Shown: positions 15,808 through 24,742, counted from the stretch's first letter. The stretch: DNA of 32,000 nucleotides from Fibrobacter succinogenes subsp. succinogenes S85 (GCF_000146505.1 NC_017448.1:270001-302000); one strand, 5' to 3'. Numbers and translations: made by a program. Notes: a model not told the origin generated them from the sequence alone.

Positions 15808-16548
15808 TTATCTGCCACGAGAATCGAGCATATACTTTGGAGTATTCTTGGCCCCCTTCTTCTTCAAAGCCTTGATGAGACGAGTATAGCCTTCGTTCGT
15901 AGCCCAGTCGAGCACGGAGTACCCCTGACCGCACTTGGCGTTCACATCGACACCCTTATTGATGAGGAACATCATAGCGTCGTAGTTACCGGACTTGACA
16001 GCCCAATGAATCGGCATATAGCCATCCGGGCTGCGGTTTTCAAGCGGAGCACCAGCGTTAGCGAGCACTTCGAGCATGTCAGCCTTGCCTGTCTTAGCAG
16101 CGATAAGAACTGCGGTAGCGAGGTTCTGCGGTTCAACGCCTTCCTTCTTGAGCTGATCCAAGATGCGGACGACAACTTCCTTGTTGCCCATCATGACAGC
16201 GTTATCGATAACCGGTTCACCATTGCCGTTGTTGACATTAGCTTTTGCACCGTGATCAAACAAGTAGTTGAGCACCATCATGTTGCCCTTATTGGCAGCG
16301 ATGGCGACAGCGTTATTGCCGTTATCTGCCGGCTGATCAATTTCGAAAGAAGCCTGGAGGAACAAAGTCATCTTGGCGGTATCGCTATTGACGGCATAAG
16401 AGACGAACTGGTTCGGCGTAAAGCCAATCTGCTTCTTCGTCAAATATCTACGAACAGACTGCGGGTCGTTCGGGTCCATGGTTTCTTCACAACCAGTCAA
16501 GGAAAAAATAAGACCAGCAGCACAGAGAGCCAAGATTTTCTTCTTCAT
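15808..16548 (-). CDS. Ankyrin-repeat lipoprotein
   Basis: Signal peptide with lipobox MKKKILALCAAGLIFSLTGC and GGAG 6 nt upstream of the ATG at 16548. It has several ankyrin repeats, e.g. NGNNAVAIAANKGNMMVLNYLFDHGAKANV, DGYMPIHWAVKSGNYDAMMFLINKGVDVNA and GYSVLDWATNEGYTRLIKALKKKGA. Confidence 0.85.
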   Translation of the reverse strand: MKKKILALCAAGLIFSLTGCEETMDPNDPQSVRRYLTKKQIGFTPNQFVSYAVNSDTAKMTLFLQASFEIDQPADNGNNAVAIAANKGNMMVLNYLFDHGAKANVNNGNGEPVIDNAVMMGNKEVVVRILDQLKKEGVEPQNLATAVLIAAKTGKADMLEVLANAGAPLENRSPDGYMPIHWAVKSGNYDAMMFLINKGVDVNAKCGQGYSVLDWATNEGYTRLIKALKKKGAKNTPKYMLDSRGR

Positions 16549-16656
16549 ATTATACTCCAATGAATTTTTGATTTTTCAAGTTAAAACTACACTATTTTTT
16601 TCAATTTATTACAAAAAAAACACGAATTTACACATTTTTTTATAAAAAACAAACGA

Positions 16657-19035
16657 TTATTTCTTGATTTTCTTGGTTGTCTTGATTTTTAGCTTCTCAT
16701 TGATCTTGATTTTCGTGTCTTTCAGGCCATTCCACTTCACAATATCTTCAATTGTCACGCCGTACTGGCGCGAAATATCCCAAAGGCCCTCACCCTTTTT
16801 GACCACATGAGTAATCTCTTCCACCTTCGGAGCGCTCGGTGCCGGAGCAGCAGAGCCCGGAATCTTGAGCTTTTGACCGACCTTGATATTTGAAGAATTG
16901 CCCATTTCGTTCATGTCGCGGATAGCGGCAACCGTCGTGGAAAACTTCTTGGAAATGGCAAAGAGATTGTCCCCAGGCTCAACGGTATAAATAATAGTCG
17001 TATTGACCGGGGCCTTCTTTGAAGTCTTTGTTGCAGGTTCTGGAGTCTTCTCAGCCGTCTTTTTAGCGGTCTTGCTAGACTTTTTAGAATCCGTAACGGG
17101 TTCGTTAGACTTGGAAGGTTCCACTTCAGGAACACCATCATCAACAGCGCCAGACATCCGGCGGAGTGGGCGGACATAAGCAGGAATCACAAGAGAATCA
17201 CCAATCGTCAAGCGCTTTGTAAAACCCTGATTTGCCTGCAACAGCAAGAATACAGGAACCTTGTACTTCTTAGCAATCTGAGCGTAGGTATCCCCCGCCT
17301 TGACCACATACTTTTCGCCCTTTTTAAGCGCCACACGCTGTTGGATAAAGCTCGTTGGCTTTAAATCCGGCTTAGAGACGTAAATAGTATCGCCTTTCTT
17401 GACGTTATAACCAGTTTCAATATTATTCCAAACGCGAAGCGATTCCTGAGAAACTCCAAAGCGGCGAGAAATCGAGCCAAGATTGTCGCCCAACTGAACC
17501 ACGTATGTGCGAACCTTAGTCGGCTTTTTGCCAGTAGACCTGCGCGGAGCAACCTTGATCGGAATAAGGAGCGTACGGCCGGGCTTGAGCTTGGTCTTCT
17601 TCAAGTCATTCGCTCGCTGAATTTCGGCCACGCGAACGCCATACTGCTGAGCAATCGCGCCAAGGGATTCGCCCTTGCGGACTTTGTGCTGTTTCCAGCT
17701 CGAAAAGCCGTTCTTTTCCATGCGGTCGTAATTTTGCACAAACGCAGCACGCGTCCCGTAAGGCAAACGGAGCAAATAGGCATCGCGATTGGGTGGCGTA
17801 CACCACATGGTGAGTTCCATGTTCAAAGTACGGAGCGTATCTTCGGGGACCTTCAGGAACTTAGAGATTTCGTCCATCGAGAAGGAATCGTAAACGGTTA
17901 CCGTATCGTAAGGAGCCAGCTGATGCTTGGTAACAGACACGTCGTAATGCTCTGGATAATGGCCAATGACCATCGCCGCAAGGATTCGCGGCACATAATG
18001 CATGGTCTCTTGCGGGAGCTGCAAGTCCCAATACGTTACAGGGCGATTGCCCCATGTAGAATCAGCCTTCTTTTCTCGGATCAATCGACGAATTCGGCCT
18101 TCACCGCAGTTGTAAGCGGCCATTGACAAAAGCCAGTCGCCAAATTCAGCATACAAGGTTGAAAGATAGCTCAAAGCGGCTTCGGTCGCCATTTCAGGAT
18201 TGCGACGCATATCGACCCAAAAATCAACTTCCAGGCCATAGCGGATACCCGTTTCCGGAATGAATTGCCACATACCCGCGGCCTTAGCTCGGCTATATGC
18301 CTTCACATTAAAACCAGATTCCACCAACGCCAAATAAATGAGGTCTCGCGGCATGCGCTTTTGGGCAAGCTTGGAGTAAATCAAGGAATCATAGGCCGTC
18401 TTGCGAGAAAGCGAACGCGTGATAAAACCACGTGCAGACGTCGTCATGTAGTAAATTTCTTGCATGACACGTTCGTTAAAGCGAATCGGAAGCGAAAAAC
18501 GCCCGGCATCAACGGTGTCGAGGAAATTTTCGATGACTCGCATCGATGCGCTATCCGCCGCATTTTCATCATAAGCATCCACGCCATCTATGGAAAGGCT
18601 ATCCGTCGAAGTGGAATCACTCCCCTCCTGCTCGGCTAGATTCGGGTATACATCTTCAAGAGCCTGAACAATGCGCACAGGCATCTGCATCTTGTAAATG
18701 GAATCTTCGGAACGGGTCAGCTTGCTCTTTGTTGAATCGTACTTTTCCGTTACCAAGAGACGCAAAGATTCTTCAAGATAGTGTTTAGAAACAGCCCACT
18801 GGTTGTTGTCTATCGCCTGTAAGCCATACTGATAATAGACCCAGGATGGCCTCGTGGAATCCCCTACGACTTCCTTACCCGGATTTGGTCCAGGTACATC
18901 AATAGACACCTTCTCCAGCTGGATAGGTTTCCCCTGCGATGACGCGGCAAGCTTCGCCTGCTTAGGTGCGCAGGCGGTCAGGATCAAAAAAGCAAGTGCA
19001 AGGCCGAGTCTTACAAATTTATTCGACCATATCAC
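16657..19035 (-). CDS. mltD: Membrane-bound lytic murein transglycosylase (MltD-like) with five LysM domains
   Basis: GTG start and lipobox FLILTAC. The SLT catalytic block is LALVESGFNVKAYSRAKAAGMWQFIPETG. Five LysM units are present (e.g. HKVRKGESLGAIAQQYGVRVAEIQRAN, YVVQLGDNLGSISRRFGVS, YTVEPGDNLFAISKKFSTTVAAIRDMN), separated by a Lys/Thr/Pro-rich linker. Confidence 0.9.
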   Translation of the reverse strand: MIWSNKFVRLGLALAFLILTACAPKQAKLAASSQGKPIQLEKVSIDVPGPNPGKEVVGDSTRPSWVYYQYGLQAIDNNQWAVSKHYLEESLRLLVTEKYDSTKSKLTRSEDSIYKMQMPVRIVQALEDVYPNLAEQEGSDSTSTDSLSIDGVDAYDENAADSASMRVIENFLDTVDAGRFSLPIRFNERVMQEIYYMTTSARGFITRSLSRKTAYDSLIYSKLAQKRMPRDLIYLALVESGFNVKAYSRAKAAGMWQFIPETGIRYGLEVDFWVDMRRNPEMATEAALSYLSTLYAEFGDWLLSMAAYNCGEGRIRRLIREKKADSTWGNRPVTYWDLQLPQETMHYVPRILAAMVIGHYPEHYDVSVTKHQLAPYDTVTVYDSFSMDEISKFLKVPEDTLRTLNMELTMWCTPPNRDAYLLRLPYGTRAAFVQNYDRMEKNGFSSWKQHKVRKGESLGAIAQQYGVRVAEIQRANDLKKTKLKPGRTLLIPIKVAPRRSTGKKPTKVRTYVVQLGDNLGSISRRFGVSQESLRVWNNIETGYNVKKGDTIYVSKPDLKPTSFIQQRVALKKGEKYVVKAGDTYAQIAKKYKVPVFLLLQANQGFTKRLTIGDSLVIPAYVRPLRRMSGAVDDGVPEVEPSKSNEPVTDSKKSSKTAKKTAEKTPEPATKTSKKAPVNTTIIYTVEPGDNLFAISKKFSTTVAAIRDMNEMGNSSNIKVGQKLKIPGSAAPAPSAPKVEEITHVVKKGEGLWDISRQYGVTIEDIVKWNGLKDTKIKINEKLKIKTTKKIKK

Positions 19036-19247
19036 TGGTCGAAATCCATGTCCTCGCCGTAGTCAGACCAAATGGGGTTACGGCCAAAGGATGGCTTGTC
19101 AAAATCAACTTCTTCGTCGACTTCTTCTTCCTGCGGTTCTTCTTCTTCCTTGATCAGATCATCTTCTTCGCCCAAATAGGTTGGATCCGGCGTATCATCA
19201 AACGCATCACTCTTAGGACGACGACCACAATAGTAAGCTTTATTCAT
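19032..19247 (-). CDS. Small, highly acidic hypothetical protein (71 aa)
   Basis: ATG at 19247 preceded by GAGGAA (7-nt spacer). The sequence is MNKAYYCGRRPKSDAFDDTPDPTYLGEEDDLIKEEEEPQEEEVDEEVDFDKPSFGRNPIWSDYGEDMDFDQ. Its TGA overlaps the GTG start of the mltD-like gene as GTGA. Confidence 0.5.
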   Translation of the reverse strand: MNKAYYCGRRPKSDAFDDTPDPTYLGEEDDLIKEEEEPQEEEVDEEVDFDKPSFGRNPIWSDYGEDMDFDQ

Positions 19248-19498
19248 ATAAGCTTTCCTCCAGTTTATTGCATCAATCTGTTCATGCCATATAGAATAAC
19301 TCCACACATCGCCAGTGCGGTCACGATTTGCAGGATTATAATAATCCTGTTCACCTTGTACGCCTTCTGCGACTTTCTATGCCATGGCGGCAATTTGTTT
19401 GCGGAGTTCTTGTTTCTCACTTCGGAAGTGAAATATATACATAAATTTGAAAATGCAAACAGTTAATCAAAAAAAATGTCTAAATTCTTTACGAAAAA

Positions 19499-21625
19499 AT
19501 GAAACTACTCCTATCAACCATTCTATTTTGCGCCGTTTTTCTGTTTGCGCAGTCTGGATTTTCCTTCAACAGCAGTGGAATCCATGTTCCCGGAGCCCGT
19601 ACACTCAATCCGGGTGACCTTTTTATCATGGGCGGGTTTGACATGGCTAGCAGCAACAAGCCAGCAAGCCTAGAAGGCTACATCACCGATGAAGACGGCA
19701 ATCAGAAAAAGCTCACAGAATCCCCGTCAAACTCGGTTCTCGGGTATATCGGCTATGGACTTTTGGACTATTTAGAGCTCGGACTTCACCTGAGCGTCCA
19801 TTACGATGGAGATGCAGCAGGAACAAAGCTCAAAGGTCTAGGTTTTGGCGACATAGGACTCATGGTCAAGGCTCAACCTCCAAGCCAGTCATCTAGAGAC
19901 TTGCTGAACGCCTCAGCCGCCATTGAATTTTTCCTCCCGACCGGTACAAACGAAAAAGGTCTCCGTCCAAGACACCTCTGGTACATCCACAAGAACTCAA
20001 CAACGCATTCGTATTCCTCGGCAGACTATGTCATCTCAGGAACATTGTTCTTGACAATGAACATCCACCGGAATCTCCGGTGGAACAACTATGCAGGCAT
20101 TCTTAGGACTCTGGAAAACCACGAAAACATATTCATCTGGGGCTCGGGGTTGACGCTATTCCCTTACGAATGGGTATCGCTAATTCTGGAAGCATCCGGT
20201 GAAACATGGGTGCGTTCCAAGTATATCAAGAGCGGATTCGTAAACGACCAAATCCGATTTTCTCCCGGCTTAAAGCTTAGGTTGCCTAAGTTCACGACTC
20301 TTTCTATCAATGCAGACCTCGGCATGGATCTCTTCCGCACGCGCAAGATCGGCCGTGGTCACCCCATCACCGTAAAGAACAACAGCCATACCTATAAATA
20401 CACAGTCCCCGGAAGCCCTCCTATTGCGGCATCCATCAAGCTCAGTCGAACATTTGACCTGAATGGGAAAATTGAAGACTACAAGAAGCGCATGGACTCA
20501 TGCCCCAAGTCTAGCCGAACTCTCAAGGAGAATGGTTACAAGTGCGCCCCGGACGAAGATAACGACGGCATTGCAGACGATATGGACCAATGCCCCAATA
20601 CCCCAGAAGCGGTCCTTATTGATGGCTGGGGATGTCCGTTTGACCACGATAACGACGGTGTTCCAGACTACAAGGACAAGTGTCCTGACACTAAGGAAGG
20701 ATACCCTGTTGACGAAAATGGATGTATCCGCGACGCCGACAACGACGGCGTTCCGGACGAACTGGACCAGTGTCCCGAGAGCACTCCAGACGAAGAAATC
20801 AACGAACGCGGTTGTATTCTAGATACTGATGAAGACGGCGTTCCGAACGCATTGGATTCCTGCCCGAACACCCCTGCAGGGCTCACCGTGAATAAATACG
20901 GATGTTTCTTGGACAGAGACAGAGACGGCGTTCCGGATGAATGGGACAAGTGTCCCGACAGCGCCCCAAACGAGATCGTGAACATGTACGGTTGCCCCAT
21001 TGATTCCGACGAAGACGGCATTCCCGACTTTATGGACAAATGCACAAACACACCGGCAGGCGTTAAGGTTGACAGCATTGGATGCAGACTAGACTTTGAT
21101 GGCGATGGCGTTTTTGACGAAGAGGACAAGTGTCCGGATACGCCAGAAAATGCACCAGTCGACAAGCAAGGTTGTCCGCTTGATTCGGACAAGGATGGTG
21201 TTTTTGACTATCTCGACAACTGCCCGAATACACTGGAACGTACGGAAGTTGACGTGAACGGCTGCCCCATTCGCGAAAAACTGAACTTGGACAAAATCGC
21301 AAGGCGCATCCAGTTCCACAAGGGTACCGACAAGCCGCTTAATTCCTCGTACACGGCGTTAAGCGATGTCGTATCTGTCATGCGCCATAACAAACAAATT
21401 GCGATTGAAATCCAGTGCAGCGTAAAGCCAGGTGAATCAAAGGACCCGCAAGCATTATCTGACGCCCGAGCCACCATGGTCTATGAGTTCATCGTGAACA
21501 AGGGAATCAAGGAAGAAAAGCTCAGAGCGAACGGATTTGGATTACAGCTACCACAAGTGCGTGGGCATTCAAAGCTCAACCCTGTTGGCGTGAGACTTTT
21601 GCCGTACAACATCAAGGACGAGTAG
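19499..21625 (+). CDS. OmpA-family outer-membrane protein with thrombospondin type-3 (TSP3) calcium-binding repeats
   Basis: Signal peptide MKLLLSTILFCAVFLFAQS, an N-terminal barrel-like region, eight D-x-D-x-DG-x-x-D-x-x-D-x-C repeats, and a C-terminal OmpA-like domain (IQFHKGTDKPL...LSDARATMVYEFIVNKGIKEEKLRANGFG). Confidence 0.9.
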   Translation: MKLLLSTILFCAVFLFAQSGFSFNSSGIHVPGARTLNPGDLFIMGGFDMASSNKPASLEGYITDEDGNQKKLTESPSNSVLGYIGYGLLDYLELGLHLSVHYDGDAAGTKLKGLGFGDIGLMVKAQPPSQSSRDLLNASAAIEFFLPTGTNEKGLRPRHLWYIHKNSTTHSYSSADYVISGTLFLTMNIHRNLRWNNYAGILRTLENHENIFIWGSGLTLFPYEWVSLILEASGETWVRSKYIKSGFVNDQIRFSPGLKLRLPKFTTLSINADLGMDLFRTRKIGRGHPITVKNNSHTYKYTVPGSPPIAASIKLSRTFDLNGKIEDYKKRMDSCPKSSRTLKENGYKCAPDEDNDGIADDMDQCPNTPEAVLIDGWGCPFDHDNDGVPDYKDKCPDTKEGYPVDENGCIRDADNDGVPDELDQCPESTPDEEINERGCILDTDEDGVPNALDSCPNTPAGLTVNKYGCFLDRDRDGVPDEWDKCPDSAPNEIVNMYGCPIDSDEDGIPDFMDKCTNTPAGVKVDSIGCRLDFDGDGVFDEEDKCPDTPENAPVDKQGCPLDSDKDGVFDYLDNCPNTLERTEVDVNGCPIREKLNLDKIARRIQFHKGTDKPLNSSYTALSDVVSVMRHNKQIAIEIQCSVKPGESKDPQALSDARATMVYEFIVNKGIKEEKLRANGFGLQLPQVRGHSKLNPVGVRLLPYNIKDE
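20552..21268 (+). repeat. In-frame array of eight roughly 29-30-aa TSP3 repeats
   Basis: The array runs DEDNDGIADDMDQCPNTPEAVLIDGWGCP, FDHDNDGVPDYKDKCPDTKEGYPVDENGCI, ... LDSDKDGVFDYLDNCPNTLERTEVDVNGCP. The DNA period is about 87-90 bp, with recurring GACGGCGTTCCGGA. Confidence 0.85.
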
Positions 21626-21630
21626 CTTTT

Positions 21631-21804
21631 TTAGGATTTCTTGTTGAAGAGTAATGCTATGACGAGCGCGACAACGACGTAAAGCGCGACGGCAGAAAAT
21701 AGCCCGAGAATCTCCGAGCCAGAAAGAGCCTCCACCTTGATGTACAAGAGGACGGAAAGAGGCATGGCGAGTAAAAAGAGGATTCCGGGGATTTTCTGTT
21801 TCAT
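21631..21804 (-). CDS. Possible small two-helix membrane protein (57 aa)
   Basis: MKQKIPGILFLLAMPLSVLLYIKVEALSGSEILGLFSAVALYVVVALVIALLFNKKS has two clear hydrophobic helices. There is no SD, and it begins only about 15 nt after a strong terminator, so expression is uncertain. Confidence 0.35.
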   Translation of the reverse strand: MKQKIPGILFLLAMPLSVLLYIKVEALSGSEILGLFSAVALYVVVALVIALLFNKKS

Positions 21805-21818
21805 GGAAAGCAAGATAG

Positions 21819-21843
21819 TAAAAAAGCCGCATAACGCGGCTTT
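21819..21843 (-). terminator. Intrinsic terminator after the xylanase gene
   Basis: The minus strand reads AAAGCCGC-GTTAT-GCGGCTTT followed by further Ts (GCGGCTTTTTTA). Confidence 0.75.
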
Positions 21844-21882
21844 GAAACTTGACTGGAATCCTCGCCCGTAAAGGGCTCGTCA

Positions 21883-23532
21883 TTACTTCACGGTAATCTG
21901 GAATTTCTTGTCGCCAGCGTTGACCTGGTAGTAACCCTTGAAACCGCGGAACTTGGCTTCGCCATTTTCATCAGCGGTAGCGTAGAGGTCCGTTGTCCAG
22001 ACCTTGTGCCACAAGTCGTAAACGCGCTTTGCAGCAGGCTTTTCGCGACCATCAGAAGCGATCATGCCGCCATTCTTGACCCAGTGACGGTTGTCCCAGA
22101 AGCCCCAGAACACAATGCCGTTCACAGCCGGGTGGCTAAATGCGGTACGAAGGAAAGTTTCGAACTTTTCAGCCTGGACTTCTTCGGTGTCGTTCATACC
22201 AGCCTGCCAGTCGCCCACGTCGAATTCTGTAACCTTGATCGGGAGGCCAAGGGAAGCGAGCTTGTCCAAGCGTTCCTTGATGAGGCTCGGCACAACCGGA
22301 CGGAGCCCAAAGTGGCACTGCACGCCAATGCCCATCACAGGCACCTTGCGTTCGAGCATACCCTTAATCAAGCCATAATAGCGATCCGTTTCACCTGCAG
22401 CAACGACGTTGTAATCGTTGATGTAAAGGAATGCGCTCGGATCAGCCTTGTGAGCCCAAATGAAGGCACTGTCGAGAATGCCCCAGCCGCACTTGTTGAA
22501 CGTCCAGGATTCGTGAATCGGTTCGTTCCACACGTCGTATTCCGTAATCTTGCCCTTGTATTCCTTGAGGTCGCGATAGATACGTGCCTTGAGCTTTTCA
22601 GCCATTTCTTCGCAGCGACCCTTGTTGCTGTAGTGCTTGTCAAAACCATAGCCCTGGTGGCTCCACATGAGCGCGTGACCGCGGAGTTTCCAGTGATTTT
22701 GAGCTGTGAAGTCCGTGTATTCCTTCATTTCATCACGCTTGATTTTGCCCTTCTTCGGTTCGTATTCCGGCCACTTGAACTGGTTTTCAGAAACGCCATG
22801 CCAGAAGTACTTTTTGGCAGCGTTGCGGTACCAATTTTCGGTGCTATCCTTGGTGTCGTAGAGAGCGAGCGCCGTACCGAACGGGAACGAATGGCGCAAC
22901 AGCTTCACGTGGACTTTTTCGCCCGGATTTGCCTTGACCGTGAAATCCACCTTGCGGAGGCTATCGATACGGGCATCGGCATTGTTATACCAGGACGGGT
23001 CAGACATTTCGTCCATCTTTTCGACTTCGACATCGTCGAGCTGGATCCAGCCCTTCTTAAGCCCAATCTGGAACGTAATGTTGTTGAGACCGTAACCCTT
23101 CTGGTCGGCAAGGAAAATCATTTCATAAGTCTGCCACTTGTCTGTCAAGTCAAACGAAGCGCTTTCTTTTTGGCGGTAGTCCGGAGGGCCGCCCTGCACC
23201 ACAGAATTGATAGGCATATTGCCCTTAGCCTTGAACGAGAGCTTGTAAAAACCGGAGTCTGCCAAGAATTTAGGCGGTTGGAGCTGCAAGCCCCACCACG
23301 GATTTGGAAGTTCCTTCACGACGACCTTAGCGCCCTGGGAACCATCGACACCGAGCCCCTGCACGGCAATTTGCGATTCGGCTACAGCTGGACCATCAGG
23401 ATTGTTCCACAGATACCAGCCGCCGTCACCATACTCCATATCACCATTGTTCAACTGTGCAAAAGACGGCACAGAAAGCGCCATGGCGACGGTCGCCGCA
23501 ATCGCAAAAGCTTTATTCTTTTTAAAATTCAT
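21883..23532 (-). CDS. Secreted endo-1,4-beta-xylanase, GH10 catalytic domain with N-terminal CBM4_9/CBM22-like module
   Basis: Signal peptide MNFKKNKAFAIAATVAMALSVPSFAQ, starting at the internal ATG at 23532 with GAGGTG upstream. GH10 blocks are RGHALMWSHQ, YDVWNEPIHE (acid/base Glu), LYINDYN, GIGVQCH, IKVTEFDV (nucleophile Glu) and VFWGFWD. Confidence 0.9.
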   Translation of the reverse strand: MNFKKNKAFAIAATVAMALSVPSFAQLNNGDMEYGDGGWYLWNNPDGPAVAESQIAVQGLGVDGSQGAKVVVKELPNPWWGLQLQPPKFLADSGFYKLSFKAKGNMPINSVVQGGPPDYRQKESASFDLTDKWQTYEMIFLADQKGYGLNNITFQIGLKKGWIQLDDVEVEKMDEMSDPSWYNNADARIDSLRKVDFTVKANPGEKVHVKLLRHSFPFGTALALYDTKDSTENWYRNAAKKYFWHGVSENQFKWPEYEPKKGKIKRDEMKEYTDFTAQNHWKLRGHALMWSHQGYGFDKHYSNKGRCEEMAEKLKARIYRDLKEYKGKITEYDVWNEPIHESWTFNKCGWGILDSAFIWAHKADPSAFLYINDYNVVAAGETDRYYGLIKGMLERKVPVMGIGVQCHFGLRPVVPSLIKERLDKLASLGLPIKVTEFDVGDWQAGMNDTEEVQAEKFETFLRTAFSHPAVNGIVFWGFWDNRHWVKNGGMIASDGREKPAAKRVYDLWHKVWTTDLYATADENGEAKFRGFKGYYQVNAGDKKFQITVK

Positions 23533-23764
23533 GAGGACACCTCGGTTATGTTTACAGGTTAAATATATACTCGAAGTGCGTTTTTCGGGCGATTTAGGGC
23601 ATATTTTAGGCAGACTAAAACACAAACGAGAGAAAAAATGTAACAAGTGTATCAATCCTATACAATTGCGATTCTCTAATTTTACAAGTTTTCCTGATGA
23701 AGCGTATTTTTTCAAGAGATGAAGAGATTTGAGATTTTCAATACAAATTGTATATTATAAGCAA

Positions 23765-24724
23765 ATGAAATTCTCAAAACTCTTTATTATTGTTTTGTTT
23801 TTTGCATTTATGACCGCCTGCGATAATGGCGATAGTTTAGACATCACAAGCGTCGAAGAAAACAAGCAATTTTCATTCGAAGTCTATTTAGAAAGCCGCA
23901 TCATCCCCGATTCCGCAATCGTTTCAATGTACAATAGCAGCAACCGTCTTGAAAAAACGGTCAAGACGCGAAAAAAATGCTTTGCGGGAGCAAAATGCAT
24001 GTTTGAAACTGCGCCGCTTAAATATGAGGAATATGCAAAAATCACTTTATTCGCCCATGCCACAACCGAAAACAAAACAATCCAAATGGAATTTGAGCGA
24101 TACGCTCCAATGAACACATCAACGTCAACAATAAACGTTTATTACGGAACTCCAGTTTTAAATATTTACACAGCAGCCGCATCAAAAGCGATTGAATACA
24201 ACTTGCTCGAAAAGAACATGTCATACGGTGATGCGACGCAAAATGCATACGACAATATGAAAAATTTCGGGATTTCAGACCGAGAATACGAAAAAGACCA
24301 ATATTTTCCGAATGTTTCTTCAATGAACCCCATACAACTCCCCTACATTTATTGCCGCTATTTTCTCTCTGATTCCGTATTTTACAGCGACTTTCTCGAA
24401 TTGCAAGAGGCCATCCGCGACGGAGAATGGGCAGATACGTTATTCCGCATCCGAGCCGCCGACGATTTAGCACGCACTTATCAAAACCCAAACTGGGTCG
24501 ATGTTCCTGGAATGACTTTTTACAACCAAAATGAATATATTCCCAACTTTTGGGAAAGTGCCTTCGGCATGGAAGTCTGCAACGACAAGAATATTGGAGA
24601 TACGCTTATCAACGCCAACCGAAGAAGCTCACTCTACGATAGCGTTTTCGTTTGCACAGAACAAATGTATTCCTACTATGCCAAATGGCAGCACTGGGTA
24701 CTCAGCCGACCACAACGAGATTAA
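23765..24724 (+). CDS. Lipoprotein A of the island operon (shared N-module + one Cys-pair repeat)
   Basis: Lipobox MKFSKLFIIVLFFAFMTAC. It shares motifs with the next two genes (SDSVFYSDFLELQEAIRDGEWADTLF; FWESAFGMEVCND). The track ORF opens at an upstream TTG at 23729. Confidence 0.7.
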   Translation: MKFSKLFIIVLFFAFMTACDNGDSLDITSVEENKQFSFEVYLESRIIPDSAIVSMYNSSNRLEKTVKTRKKCFAGAKCMFETAPLKYEEYAKITLFAHATTENKTIQMEFERYAPMNTSTSTINVYYGTPVLNIYTAAASKAIEYNLLEKNMSYGDATQNAYDNMKNFGISDREYEKDQYFPNVSSMNPIQLPYIYCRYFLSDSVFYSDFLELQEAIRDGEWADTLFRIRAADDLARTYQNPNWVDVPGMTFYNQNEYIPNFWESAFGMEVCNDKNIGDTLINANRRSSLYDSVFVCTEQMYSYYAKWQHWVLSRPQRD

Positions 24725-24742
24725 AAGATAATGGGTGTGGAA

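Noticed and set aside
20552-21268. Periodic ~90-bp DNA repeats that could be mistaken for a CRISPR-like array
   Set aside because: The repeats are in frame within a long ORF and encode TSP3 calcium-binding units. There are no invariant short repeats with unique spacers and no cas genes.
22006-23562. 518-aa plus-strand ORF
   Set aside because: It lies antisense to the GH10 xylanase and has no recognisable domain. It is a shadow ORF.
23533-23715. 61-aa N-terminal extension of the xylanase ORF in the track
   Set aside because: The extension (MKKYASSGKLVKLENRNCIG...) has no signal peptide character. The internal ATG at 23532 has an SD-like GAGGTG and is followed by a textbook signal peptide.
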